Source: a bacterium
GTDB lineage: Bacteria; Krumholzibacteriota; Krumholzibacteriia; LZORAL124-64-63
Assembly (NCBI GenBank): GCA_043823125.1
Contig: JBDRBC010000479.1
Span: 1 to 58,185, forward strand
Direction of reading: 5' to 3'
Length of the DNA stretch: 58,185 nt
Made by a program: the position numbers and the translations under genes. Below, one piece after another: positions 38,168-47,714 of this stretch. The notes beneath the pieces were generated by a model, which made no database searches, had not been told where the DNA came from, and worked only from the letters and a program-made list of their open reading frames with translations. Every line of letters begins with the position of its first letter. Position 1 is the stretch's first letter.

Positions 38168-39358
38168 TCACGGAATGATCCCTCTGGTCCGCAAACTCGC
38201 GATATCGTGCTCCCCAAGCCCCACTTCCTGCAGCAACGACACCGTGTGCTCGCTGTACTTCGGAGCGAAGGAGAACTCGGTCACCCCATCTTCCCGATCG
38301 ACAGCCGGCGGCGGCAGGTGGATCACCTTGCCGTTCGGCGTGCGGGTGGTGGTCAACTTGGGCGCGATGGCCGCCAGATCCCGCACCTGCTGGATCGTGT
38401 GAATGGGAGCGTGGGGAATCTTGGCGGCGGCCAGCTCGGCTTGTAGCTCGACTGAGTCGCACCGGGCGCAAATCGCCGCCAGTTCCGTGTGGATGGCTTC
38501 CCGCTCCTGATGCCGGCCGTCGTTGGTGCGACGGAGCGGTCGATCCAGAGCCCGACACCTGGGCAGATCCACCAGCCGCTGCCACTGCACATCGTTGCCG
38601 ATGGCGATGAAGATGAACCCGTCCCGGGTGGGATAGGCGTTCACCGGGATGAACTTGCGGTGCTCGTTCCCGCAACGCCCCACCTCGGCGGGAGCGCAGT
38701 CGAAATCGAGTAGCGGCAGGGTCGTGGTGAGCCACGAGGCCGCCGCCTGCAGCATGGAGACGTGGATCGCCTGCCCGACGCCAGTCTCCGTCCGCTCCGC
38801 CAGAGCGAGACAGACGTTGGCATATACCTCGTCGCCGGCCTTGAAATCGACAATCGGTATTCCGGCCAAGGTGGGCGGGCCGTCCGCGGCCCCGGTGACC
38901 TCCATGTACCCCGCCATGGCTTGCAGGGCGGGATCGTATCCCGGCGTGTGCGGGTAATCCGGTCCCATGGCCGAGATGCCCGCCCAGATGAGGTCCGGCT
39001 TGACACTCCTGAGCGTGGCGTAATCGATGCCCAGCGCCTCGTAACGGGCGGGCAGGGTATTGCAGCAGAAGATATCCACATCCAGCTCGGTGATGAGCCG
39101 CTGCAGGAGTTCCCTGCCCGCGGCTTCCTGCAGATTGAGGGCGATGGCTTCCTTCCCCACGTTGGGGGCGATGAAGTACGACCGCCTGTCGTCGTCCACC
39201 ACCTGTTCACCGATGTAGCGGTTGGGATCGCCCGGGAGCGTCTGGCCCCGGGGCGTGGCCTCGAGCCTGATCACGCGCCACCCGAGCTGGGCGAAACGTT
39301 GGGTGGCGTGGCTCAGCGACAGCGCCTGCTCCATGGAGATCACGGTTTGTGGTCTCAT
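38168..39358 (-). CDS. family III CoA-transferase (CaiB/BaiF/Frc-like)
   Basis: ATG at 39358 overlaps the upstream stop (ATGA). [33 protein letters not shown] resembles the family III N-terminal fold. The size (396 aa) and central ...[12 protein letters not shown]... also fit. Confidence 0.7.
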   Translation of the reverse strand: MRPQTVISMEQALSLSHATQRFAQLGWRVIRLEATPRGQTLPGDPNRYIGEQVVDDDRRSYFIAPNVGKEAIALNLQEAAGRELLQRLITELDVDIFCCNTLPARYEALGIDYATLRSVKPDLIWAGISAMGPDYPHTPGYDPALQAMAGYMEVTGAADGPPTLAGIPIVDFKAGDEVYANVCLALAERTETGVGQAIHVSMLQAAASWLTTTLPLLDFDCAPAEVGRCGNEHRKFIPVNAYPTRDGFIFIAIGNDVQWQRLVDLPRCRALDRPLRRTNDGRHQEREAIHTELAAICARCDSVELQAELAAAKIPHAPIHTIQQVRDLAAIAPKLTTTRTPNGKVIHLPPPAVDREDGVTEFSFAPKYSEHTVSLLQEVGLGEHDIASLRTRGIIP

Positions 39359-41664
39359 GCCTGGCCTTCCCGGTTTTTCCGGTTTTCCAACAAGGCGCGC
39401 AGCACGTATTCCGGGGTCAGCGGCAGCTTGTTGAACCACACGCCGGTGGCGTTGTGGAGCGCGTTGGCGATGGCCGGCGCGGTGGGGATCATGGGTGACT
39501 CGCCGATTCCCTTGGCGCCGGCGGGGCCCTCGGGATCCATGGTCTCGATGAAAAACATCTCGATCTCCGGAATCTCGGGGGCGGTCAACACCTTGTAATC
39601 ACGGAAGCACGGATTCTGCATGATGCCCCGATCCAGCTGCAGGTTCTCGGTGGTGGCGTACCCGATGCCCATGATCACGCCCCCCTCCACCTGCCCCTCG
39701 ATGCCGATGGCGTTGATCACGCGGCCCACGTCGTGCGCAGCCACGACCTTGAGAATTCGAATAACCCCGGTCTCGGTATCCACCTCCAACTCCACGACCT
39801 GGGTGCCGAAGGCATAGGCGGCGGAGACATTGCCGTGGAAATCACGATCCTGGGCTTCACTGGGCGGCTCGTAATACTCCGTCGTCATGACCACTTCGTT
39901 CTTCTGGCCGAAGTGCAACGAACGGATGAGCTTCCCCAGATCCAATAGAACCTCGCCGCTCCGGGCGTCCACCACGGCGCCACGGTACAGATCCAGGTTC
40001 TTTGCCGATTGTTCCAGGCTGGCGGCGGCGGCGGCCAGGAGTTTGTCCCGCGCCTTCCGGGCGGCCCGGAGCGCTGAATTGCCGGCGATGAAGGTCGTCC
40101 GGCTGGCGTGAACACCCACATCCCAGGGACAGAGGTCGGTGTCGTTGTTGACGATCTTGATGGCCGTGATGGGCACGCCGAGCTGTTCGGCCACGAGCTG
40201 AGCGATGACCGTCTCGGAACCCTGTCCGATCTCGGAGGCGCCCGTCATCACCGTGACCTTGCCGAAATCGTCGATCTTCAGGATGGTGCCGCAGCCGTCG
40301 CTGTGGTAGATCTTCGCCCCTCCCCCCACGTGCAGCAACGAGGCGATGCCAACTCCCCGTTTGACCACTCCAGGCTGAGGCGACCGGTTCCGGGCCTGTT
40401 TCGTCACGAAGTCACTCTGCTCAGCGGCCGTCTCGAGGCATTCCCGCAGCCCGCAGCTGGTGAACTGCAGCCCCTGTCCCGTGGTCTCCCCCGGTCGCTG
40501 TGCGTTGAGCAGACGGAAGGCCAGCGGATCCATCGCCACCGCCTCGGCCCACCGGTCCATGTGCGACTCGACGGCGAAGGTCGCCTGGGGATTGCCGTAA
40601 CCACGAAAGGCGCCGCTGTACGGGTTGTTGGTATACACCACCTTGGTGTGGTACTTGCAGTGCTCCACGCGGTACAGCGAGGAGACCGTCTGCATCATCA
40701 CGAACGGCGTCGTCGCTCCCCAGGAGGTGTAGCCGCCGTTGTCGTGCAGGGTGGTCGCCTCGCGGAAGGTCAACGTGCCGTCCCGGCGCACGCCACTGCG
40801 CAGGGTGAACTCCACCGGCTGGCGAGTCGGCGAGGCGATGAACTCCTCCTCACGCGTGAAGAGCAGCCGCACCGGCCGGCGGGTGGCCCGGGCCAGGAAG
40901 ATGCAGATCGGCTCGAAGGGATAGATATCCAGCTTGCTGCCGAAACCGCCGCCCAGTGGCGGCTGGACGACGCGGATCTTCTCCGGGGGAACGTCGATCA
41001 CCGCGGCGATGTCCTTCTTGTACAGAAACGGCACCTGGGTCAGGGAGTGGACGGTCAGTTCGCCCTGGGGATCGAAGGCCGCCAGGCAGCCGCTGACGCC
41101 GAGGCAGCAGTGCGTGACGAAGTGCAGCGAGAACGTGTCCTCGATGATGAGGTCGGATTCCTGCTCACCGGTGGCGATGTCCCCGTGGCTGTAATCGTAC
41201 TCGTGGAGGATGTTGTCGGGATGCCGTTCGTGAATGATCGGCGCACCTTCGCGTAACGCGGCGGCCGGCGAGAATACCCCTGGTAGATCCTCGTACTCCA
41301 CCCGGATCGCCGCGACGGCGGCGGTGGCGATCGCCTCGGTATCCGCGGCGACGGCCGCGACCTCGTCTCCGTAACGACGGACCTTGTCGCCCTTGAGCGG
41401 CGGATTGTCCCTGAAATGGCCGAGCGGCACCCCGGGCGTGTCCGCCGCCGTGATCACCGCGCGCACACCGGGTAGAGCCCGGGCGGCACTGGTATCGATG
41501 TTTATGATGCGAGCATGGACCCGGTCGCTCCGCAGGATCTTGCCGTGCAACATGCCGGGCAGCTTCAGGTCCTGCAAGTAACGCACCTCGCCGGTGGTCT
41601 TCTGCGGCGCGTCGAGCTTGGTGATACGCTGGCCGATGAGTGTTTCCTTGTGAAACCCGGTCAT
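39355..41664 (-). CDS. xanthine dehydrogenase-family molybdopterin-binding large subunit
   Basis: ATG at 41664 (ATGA overlap) gives [46 protein letters not shown]. Contains [10 protein letters not shown] and a C-terminal GAKGIGESP. Confidence 0.9.
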   Translation of the reverse strand: MTGFHKETLIGQRITKLDAPQKTTGEVRYLQDLKLPGMLHGKILRSDRVHARIINIDTSAARALPGVRAVITAADTPGVPLGHFRDNPPLKGDKVRRYGDEVAAVAADTEAIATAAVAAIRVEYEDLPGVFSPAAALREGAPIIHERHPDNILHEYDYSHGDIATGEQESDLIIEDTFSLHFVTHCCLGVSGCLAAFDPQGELTVHSLTQVPFLYKKDIAAVIDVPPEKIRVVQPPLGGGFGSKLDIYPFEPICIFLARATRRPVRLLFTREEEFIASPTRQPVEFTLRSGVRRDGTLTFREATTLHDNGGYTSWGATTPFVMMQTVSSLYRVEHCKYHTKVVYTNNPYSGAFRGYGNPQATFAVESHMDRWAEAVAMDPLAFRLLNAQRPGETTGQGLQFTSCGLRECLETAAEQSDFVTKQARNRSPQPGVVKRGVGIASLLHVGGGAKIYHSDGCGTILKIDDFGKVTVMTGASEIGQGSETVIAQLVAEQLGVPITAIKIVNNDTDLCPWDVGVHASRTTFIAGNSALRAARKARDKLLAAAAASLEQSAKNLDLYRGAVVDARSGEVLLDLGKLIRSLHFGQKNEVVMTTEYYEPPSEAQDRDFHGNVSAAYAFGTQVVELEVDTETGVIRILKVVAAHDVGRVINAIGIEGQVEGGVIMGIGYATTENLQLDRGIMQNPCFRDYKVLTAPEIPEIEMFFIETMDPEGPAGAKGIGESPMIPTAPAIANALHNATGVWFNKLPLTPEYVLRALLENRKNREGQA

Positions 41665-42167
41665 GGTTCCTCGGTACTCTCGTTGTTCGCGGCGTCCCTG
41701 GTCTTGTGCACGGCACTGGCGATCGCCTCGATGACCTTGCCGTATCCCGTACAGCGACAGAGGTTGCCCTCGATCCCGCGTTTGATCTCCGTCACGGTCA
41801 GGTCGCGGTTCTGGTGCAACAGGTGGATTCCCTGCACGATCATGCCCGAAGTGCAGAAGCCGCACTGGACAGCCCCCTTGGCGACGAACTCCTGCTGCAA
41901 GATGTTCAGACCTTCCTCGGTGAGCAGCCCTTCGATGGTGGTCACTTCCCGCCCGTCACAGTCCACGGCGAACATGAGACAGGAATTCTGCGAGATCCCG
42001 TCCACCAGGATCGTACAGGCGCCGCACTCGCCCTCGCCGCAGCCGAGCTTGGTTCCGGTCAGATCGAACAGTTCACGCAACATGGTGAGACTGTCCATCT
42101 GGAGCGGGACGTCCACCGCCACCGTCTGGCCGTTGAGTCGGAAGCTAATATGCTGTTTGCAAGACAT
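41661..42167 (-). CDS. (2Fe-2S)-binding small subunit of the Mo hydroxylase
   Basis: 168 aa with GCGEGECGACT (plant-type cluster) and CGFCTSGM / CRCTGY (second cluster). Confidence 0.9.
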   Translation of the reverse strand: MSCKQHISFRLNGQTVAVDVPLQMDSLTMLRELFDLTGTKLGCGEGECGACTILVDGISQNSCLMFAVDCDGREVTTIEGLLTEEGLNILQQEFVAKGAVQCGFCTSGMIVQGIHLLHQNRDLTVTEIKRGIEGNLCRCTGYGKVIEAIASAVHKTRDAANNESTEEP

Positions 42168-43017
42168 GACGGAGCACTCTTCCTGTCAGGATCCGGATCA
42201 TCTCCCGCCGATACCACGCCGTGGCGCGGACATCGGTGATGGGAGACACCTCCTCGGCGGCCAGGCGACCTGCCTGACCGATGAACTGCTCGGAATAGAC
42301 CTGTCCCTCGATGAAGGCTTCGGTCTGGCGGCCGCGGAGCGGCGTGGGCGCCACGGCGCCGAAAGCGACACGCACCTGGTGCAGCGACCCGTTCTGCCGG
42401 GTACCGGCAATCCCCACGGACACGATGGAGATGTCGAGGGCGGGCCGGGCGCCGAACTTCTCGAAATACGCCACCCGTTCGGGGGGCGGCAGCGCGAAGG
42501 TGGCGGCCAGCAGGATTTCAGTCGCCGCCAGCCTGGTCTGTCCGGGACCGACGAAAAAATCACTCAGGGGGAGTGAACTTCTGACCACCGCACCGTCCAC
42601 CCAGCTGGCCAGTTCCAGTTCGGCATCCAGCAGCAGCAGAGGGATGATCAGATCGCCGGCCGGCGAGGCGTTGCAGATGTTGCCGCCGATGGTGGCGCTG
42701 TTGCGCACCTGATCGCTGGCAAAGCAGTCCGCGGTCTCCGGCAGGATCGCGGCGGCCTGCCGCAAGGTCCGATCACGCAGGATCTCGGTCACCGTGGTGA
42801 GCGCGCCGATCCGGATCCGCTGGTCAACGGTGGTTATGCCCCGCAGTTCGGGAATCTTGCGCAGGTTGACCAGCAGCGGCGCCGTCGCCATCCCACCCGT
42901 CCGGGTCCTCGGCATCAGATCCGTGCCGCCGGCCAGCAGGGTGGCGTCGTGTTCGGCGAGCAGCCGCACGGCCTCGGCGAGATCGGTTGGGATGACGTAT
43001 TTCTCGATCGTGCTCAT
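42145..43017 (-). CDS. FAD-binding medium subunit of the Mo hydroxylase (CoxM/XdhB-like)
   Basis: ATG at 43017 gives MSTIEKYVIPTDLAEAVRLLAEHDATLLAGGTDLM. About 290 aa, with TIGGNICNASPAGD. No cysteine-rich insertion. Confidence 0.85.
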   Translation of the reverse strand: MSTIEKYVIPTDLAEAVRLLAEHDATLLAGGTDLMPRTRTGGMATAPLLVNLRKIPELRGITTVDQRIRIGALTTVTEILRDRTLRQAAAILPETADCFASDQVRNSATIGGNICNASPAGDLIIPLLLLDAELELASWVDGAVVRSSLPLSDFFVGPGQTRLAATEILLAATFALPPPERVAYFEKFGARPALDISIVSVGIAGTRQNGSLHQVRVAFGAVAPTPLRGRQTEAFIEGQVYSEQFIGQAGRLAAEEVSPITDVRATAWYRREMIRILTGRVLRHVLQTAY

Positions 43018-43095
43018 GGTCCTGCTTGTGGTGCTGCGATCCGGGTTACCGTGTCCGGACACTGGTGCTCTATCAATCCATGGATGGACAGAGTA

Positions 43096-44706
43096 CTAGA
43101 ACCGAACCGGCTCCTTGAAAGTGCCGAACACCTCCACCAGGCAACGAGTGATTTCGCCGACGGTAGCGTACGCCTGCACTGCCGCGATGATGGCGGGCAT
43201 GACGTTGTCTTCCGTTCGGGCGACCTCCGTCACTTTCTTCAATGCTGCAGCCACCCGGGCAGCGTCCCGCTCATTGCGTTTCCGATCGAGTCGGTCGAGC
43301 TGATGGCGGCAGTTGTTTGCCTCGAACTGGTGATACTCGATGCTGAGTTCCTCTTCCTCAATCCGGTAACAGTTCACGCCTACCTTGCGCCTCTCGCCGT
43401 TCTGGACAGCCACGAGATCTGCCTTGGCCTGACGGGAAACCGCGGCCTGTATCTGGCCCTCGGCGATGGCCTTGACGATGCCGCCCTGGCTGTCGACCTC
43501 CACCATCACCGCGCGGATCTTCTGCTCCATCTGATTCGTCAGCGTCTCCACGTAATAGGAGCCACCCAGCGGATCCACCGTATCACAGAGTCCCATCTCC
43601 TCGATGAGGATCTGCATGGTGCGCAAGGAGATCCGCGCCGCTTTTTCGGTGGGAATCGTGAACGCCTCGTCGTAGGAGCACAACGCCATGGTCTGGGTGC
43701 CGGACAGGGCGCTGATCAGGGCATAATAGGCGCTACGCACGATGTTGTTCTCCGGTTGCTCGATGGTCAAGCCCCCACCCCCGCCACCAGCTATCATGCG
43801 CATCCACATGGACTTGGAGTTCTGCGCTGCATATTCCTCTTTAATGATCCGCGCCCAGAGCCGACGGCCCGCCCGGAACTTGGCCACCTGCTCGAACAGG
43901 TTGCCATGAATGTCGAAGTTGAACGACAACCGCGAGGCAAAGCTGTCGATGTCCAGCCCCCGCTCGAGCACCAGATCGATGTAGGCCTTGGCGATGCAGA
44001 AGGCGTAGGCCATCTCCTGTACCGGGTTCGCACCGGACTCCCGGATGTGGTATCCGCAGACGCTGACCGGGCTGTAGAGCGGAGCATTCTCGGCGCAGTA
44101 GGCGATGGTGTCCCCCACCAACCGCATCGACGGCTCCACCGGAAAGATCCAGGTTCCCCGACCGACGAACTCCTTCAAGATGTCGTTCTGGGCCGTGCCT
44201 CTCAGTCTGCTCAGGTCGTAACCCCGCTTTTCCGCCAGGGCGAGATACATGGCGATCAGGACGGCAGCGGCGCCGTTGATCGTCAGTGATACGGTGATCT
44301 TCTCCAGATCGATCCCGGCGAAGGCGATCTCTAAATCCTCCAGCGTATCCACCGCCATGCCCACCCGACCCACTTCACCGGCGGCGAGTTCGGCATCGGA
44401 ATCCAGACCCACCTGGGTCGGCAGATCGAAAGCCACATTCAGACCGGTCTGTCCATTCTCGATCAGATAGTGGAATCGCCCGTTCGTTTCCTCGGGCGTA
44501 CCGAAACCCGCGTACTGCCGCATGGTGTAGGGACGCTGGCGGTACATGTACTGGTGGATCCCGCGGGTGAAGGGAAAGACACCCGGGTTACCCACCGGGT
44601 CTTCACCACCGCTGGCGGCCAGATCGTCGGCCGTGTAGACCGGTTTGATCTCGATGCCCGATTCATTGAATACCGGCGGCAGATCCATTTTCTGAGGACT
44701 ACTCAT
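43096..44706 (-). CDS. B12-dependent acyl-CoA mutase, large (substrate-binding) subunit
   Basis: 536 aa. GVFPFTRGIHQYMYRQRPYTMRQYAGFGTPEETNGRFHYL...GLNVAFDLPTQ is the methylmalonyl-CoA-mutase-family TIM-barrel signature. Confidence 0.9.
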   Translation of the reverse strand: MSSPQKMDLPPVFNESGIEIKPVYTADDLAASGGEDPVGNPGVFPFTRGIHQYMYRQRPYTMRQYAGFGTPEETNGRFHYLIENGQTGLNVAFDLPTQVGLDSDAELAAGEVGRVGMAVDTLEDLEIAFAGIDLEKITVSLTINGAAAVLIAMYLALAEKRGYDLSRLRGTAQNDILKEFVGRGTWIFPVEPSMRLVGDTIAYCAENAPLYSPVSVCGYHIRESGANPVQEMAYAFCIAKAYIDLVLERGLDIDSFASRLSFNFDIHGNLFEQVAKFRAGRRLWARIIKEEYAAQNSKSMWMRMIAGGGGGGLTIEQPENNIVRSAYYALISALSGTQTMALCSYDEAFTIPTEKAARISLRTMQILIEEMGLCDTVDPLGGSYYVETLTNQMEQKIRAVMVEVDSQGGIVKAIAEGQIQAAVSRQAKADLVAVQNGERRKVGVNCYRIEEEELSIEYHQFEANNCRHQLDRLDRKRNERDAARVAAALKKVTEVARTEDNVMPAIIAAVQAYATVGEITRCLVEVFGTFKEPVRF

Positions 44707-45098
44707 GTCACTCTCTCGTTGATGAAATCCACGATTGACTGCAGCGGGGTACCGAAAGGAAACACCCCGTGCACCCCGAGTTCTGTCAGCTCAGCCAGGT
44801 CGGCCCGGGGAATGCTGCCGCCGACGATCCACAACTTGTCAGCGAGGCCATAGTCGGGCAGCAACTCCTTGAGTTTACGGCACAACGGCAGGTGGGACCC
44901 GGAAAGGATGGACAGTCCGATCACGTCGACATCCTCGTCACGGGCGGCGGCCGCGATCTCGGCGGCGGATTTGCGCAGTCCCGTGTAGATGACGTCGAAG
45001 CCCGCCTCCAGCAACGTACGTACCACGATCTTGGCGCCCACGTCGTGGCCGTCCAGGCCCGGTTTGGCCACCAGGATCTTGATCTTCCGCTGATTCAT
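44703..45098 (-). CDS. acyl-CoA mutase small subunit, cobalamin-binding domain
   Basis: 131 aa. KILVAKPGLDGHDVGAKIVVRTLLEAGFDVIYTG contains the DxHxxG base-off B12 motif. ATGA overlap with the large subunit. Confidence 0.9.
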   Translation of the reverse strand: MNQRKIKILVAKPGLDGHDVGAKIVVRTLLEAGFDVIYTGLRKSAAEIAAAARDEDVDVIGLSILSGSHLPLCRKLKELLPDYGLADKLWIVGGSIPRADLAELTELGVHGVFPFGTPLQSIVDFINERVT

Positions 45099-46297
45099 CA
45101 GTCGGCTTCTTTCCCTAGAATGGTCACGGCGGCGATGGCCCCGGGGCCGCCGATGTTGTGCGCGAGTCCCAGGCGGGCGCCGGAGATCTGACGGTCGCCG
45201 GCACTCCCGCGCAGATGTTCACAGATCTCGTGGACCATACGGATTCCGGTGGCCCCCACGGGATGACCGCACGACAGCAGGCCGCCGCTCACGTTGACGG
45301 GGATGTCGCCGTCTCGTCGCGTGGCGCCGGACCGCACCAGTTCCTTGGCTTCGCCCTGCTGGCAAAAACCGAGATCCTCGTAGGTCAACAGCTCGACGAT
45401 GGAAAAACAGTCGTGCACTTCCGCCAGATCGATCTGAGCGGCGGGATCGTCGATACCGGCCTGCCGGTACGCCTTCTTCGCGGCGACCCTAGCCGCCTGG
45501 AACGAGAGCAGATCGTAGGACTCATCGAAGAACGGCAGGTCCCAGCCCGTCGAAACGGACAGTCCCAGACCCTTGAGATAGACCGGGGTTCCGGCGTACT
45601 TCCCGGCATCCTCGGCGCGGACCAGGATCACCGCCGCGGCGCCGTCGGTGGTGGGACAGGAATCCATCACCGTCAACGGATCCGCCACCAGCGGCGAGTG
45701 GAGCGCCTGCTCGAGCGTGATCTCCCGCCGGTAATGGGCGCGTGGGTTGAGACAGGCGTGGGCGTGATTCTTCACCGAGATGGCTGCCAGATCCTCCCGG
45801 GTCACGCCGTACTTCTCGAAGTGCCGGCTCGCGTACATGGCGAAGGTGCCGGCGGCGGTGAATCCCTTCTGATAAAACGGGTGCCCCATCTCCACCATCA
45901 GCTTGACGATGCTGTCCTGCGGCGAACGGTCGCGCAGCTTTTCCACGCCCAGGGCTAGGGCCACGTTGCTCTCGCCGGCCAGCAACGAGTTCACGGCGCC
46001 GCGCACGGCCTCGGCGGCGGTGGCGCAGTAGTTCGAGACCCGGGTGATCGGGATATGGAACAGGCCGAGCGGCTCGGCCAGATCCATGCCGGCCCGCCCC
46101 TTGTAGACCCCGGCGTCGGGAAAGGCGGTGCCCAGCCAGGCGGCGTCGATCTGTCGTCGGGAAACGCCGGCATCCGCCAAGGCGTCGTGAGCCGCCGCGG
46201 CCACGAGGTCCTCGTAGCTCAGATGAAAGTGCTCGCCGAACTCGGTGCAACCGATGCCGACGATACAGACCAGGTCCTTGAAATCGTTACCCGGCAT
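45098..46297 (-). CDS. thiolase (SCP-x / archaeal-type, pairs with a DUF35 partner)
   Basis: ATG at 46297 gives MPGNDFKDLVCIVGIGCTEFGEH. Nucleophile region VSNYCATAAEAV; C-terminal VNVSGGLLSCGHPVGATG and LAHNIGGPG. Confidence 0.85.
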   Translation of the reverse strand: MPGNDFKDLVCIVGIGCTEFGEHFHLSYEDLVAAAAHDALADAGVSRRQIDAAWLGTAFPDAGVYKGRAGMDLAEPLGLFHIPITRVSNYCATAAEAVRGAVNSLLAGESNVALALGVEKLRDRSPQDSIVKLMVEMGHPFYQKGFTAAGTFAMYASRHFEKYGVTREDLAAISVKNHAHACLNPRAHYRREITLEQALHSPLVADPLTVMDSCPTTDGAAAVILVRAEDAGKYAGTPVYLKGLGLSVSTGWDLPFFDESYDLLSFQAARVAAKKAYRQAGIDDPAAQIDLAEVHDCFSIVELLTYEDLGFCQQGEAKELVRSGATRRDGDIPVNVSGGLLSCGHPVGATGIRMVHEICEHLRGSAGDRQISGARLGLAHNIGGPGAIAAVTILGKEAD

Positions 46298-47714
46298 GGT
46301 CTTGCTCCCCGGTCGCCACGGCCCGGCATTTCCAGAAGTAGTTGGGTCGATCTCCAGCATCGTGCAGCCGCCGGAACACCAGCTCCACCCGGTCGCCCAC
46401 CTGCAAGGGGTGATCCTCGTCGGCCACCTGCAGCGTCAGCCGGCCCCCACCCTGGAGATCCACGGTGGCCATGCCCAGCGGCGGCTCCGGCGTGGGATAA
46501 TAGTGCTCGTGCGTGATGGCGAAGACCCTGCCCGTGGTTGCCAGCGGATAATCGGCGAGTTCGGTGGGCTCCGCACAGTGTGGACAGTTCGGCAACGGCA
46601 GGGTGATCACGGCGTCGCAAGTGCCGCAGCGCCTGGCGATCAGTGAAAACCAGAGCGACCGGTTACGCTCCTCCATGATCTCGGAGGTGAAGCCGCCACT
46701 GTCCCGGGCACTGCCCGCGTGCAGATCGTGCAGAGCCAGGAACCGATTGTACGAGATGTCGTATCCCTGGGCCAGAGCCGTCTCGAAGTGCGAGAGTTCG
46801 GGGCGCCGCTCCATCTGCAGAGCGCAGGCGGAAGCGCCATCGCCATACCCGAGGGCGAGAAGACGTTCACCGGGACTCGCTTGCTCCAGCGCCGCGTTTA
46901 GCATCACCAGCAGATGAGCAGTGCCGGTCAGTCCCAGGTGCGGGCTGGCCAGGTCGCGGTACTGACGCTTCAGATCAAAACCGTTGCGTTGCAAAAGACG
47001 ACTCGCGCTCTTGATGTCCGGACTGTACGGGACCACCACGTCGATGTCAGCCGCTGGCCAGCCCGTCTGTTCCAGGATCCCGGTGAGCACGGCCTGGGTA
47101 GGACGGGCATACGCCCCTTGCCGCGCAAAGCGCTGGTCACCGGAACGGGGGAACCTGGCGCCGGCCGTGCGCCAGGTGTCGAGCTGGGAACTGGTGTGGC
47201 GGGTGTGAGCCAGGATCCGGGCGATGGCGCCGTCGGCCGGCCCGATGATCAACGCTACCCCGGCATGGCCGAACAGGAATTCATCGGGGCTGCCCGGTCT
47301 GGCGAGACGCTGATCGGCCGCGATCACCAGAACGTTCCGGCAGGAACCGGCAGCAACCAATTCACAGGCGGTTTCCAGAGCGGTGCAGCCCGCGCGCAGG
47401 CTGCCGCCCAGGTCGAGACAGCGAGCCTCTCCAGGCAGGCCGAGGGCGGCGGCAAGAACCGCCGCGTCCGATCGTTCGGCGAAGACTCCCGTGGTGCTTG
47501 CGAAGATCAAGCCATCGAGCGTGGATCGGTCGTGGCCGGCGGTTGCCTGGAGCGCGGCCTGCAAGCCCAGGGTCAGGGAATCCTCGTCGTGGCCGGTGAC
47601 AGCACGTGCCCCGGGCATACCCGGCCGCTGCCACGCCTCCTGCACGGTCCGGTTCGTCAGTCGTCTGCGGGGAATCGCGAATCCCCAGCCCTGGATTCCA
47701 CTGCCGGCACTCAC
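46287..47714 (-). CDS. fusion protein: HMG-CoA-synthase/KAS III-like domain (catalytic residues apparently substituted) + C-terminal DUF35 zinc-ribbon/OB-fold
   Basis: GTG start at 47714 (GTGA overlap). The N-terminal ~330 aa align by eye to archaeal HMG-CoA synthase (IQGWGFAIPRRRL, HDEDSLTLGL, VIAADQRLARPG...GHAGVALIIG, LALGYGDGAS). The C-terminal part, CGTCDAVITLPLPNCPHCAEP...VGDRVELVFRRL, is a DUF35 rubredoxin-like knuckle plus OB fold. Confidence 0.75.
   Translation of the reverse strand: MSAGSGIQGWGFAIPRRRLTNRTVQEAWQRPGMPGARAVTGHDEDSLTLGLQAALQATAGHDRSTLDGLIFASTTGVFAERSDAAVLAAALGLPGEARCLDLGGSLRAGCTALETACELVAAGSCRNVLVIAADQRLARPGSPDEFLFGHAGVALIIGPADGAIARILAHTRHTSSQLDTWRTAGARFPRSGDQRFARQGAYARPTQAVLTGILEQTGWPAADIDVVVPYSPDIKSASRLLQRNGFDLKRQYRDLASPHLGLTGTAHLLVMLNAALEQASPGERLLALGYGDGASACALQMERRPELSHFETALAQGYDISYNRFLALHDLHAGSARDSGGFTSEIMEERNRSLWFSLIARRCGTCDAVITLPLPNCPHCAEPTELADYPLATTGRVFAITHEHYYPTPEPPLGMATVDLQGGGRLTLQVADEDHPLQVGDRVELVFRRLHDAGDRPNYFWKCRAVATGEQDHAG

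Noticed and set aside
39355-43017. Interpreting the Mo enzyme as 4-hydroxybenzoyl-CoA reductase (HcrABC) in a tyrosine-to-benzoyl-CoA pathway.
   Set aside because: The FAD subunit lacks the Cys-rich [4Fe-4S] insertion expected for HcrB. The upstream lyase looks like tryptophanase rather than tyrosine phenol-lyase. HyuAB, the B12 mutase and the CoA-transferase have no role in that pathway. I keep it only as an alternative to test.
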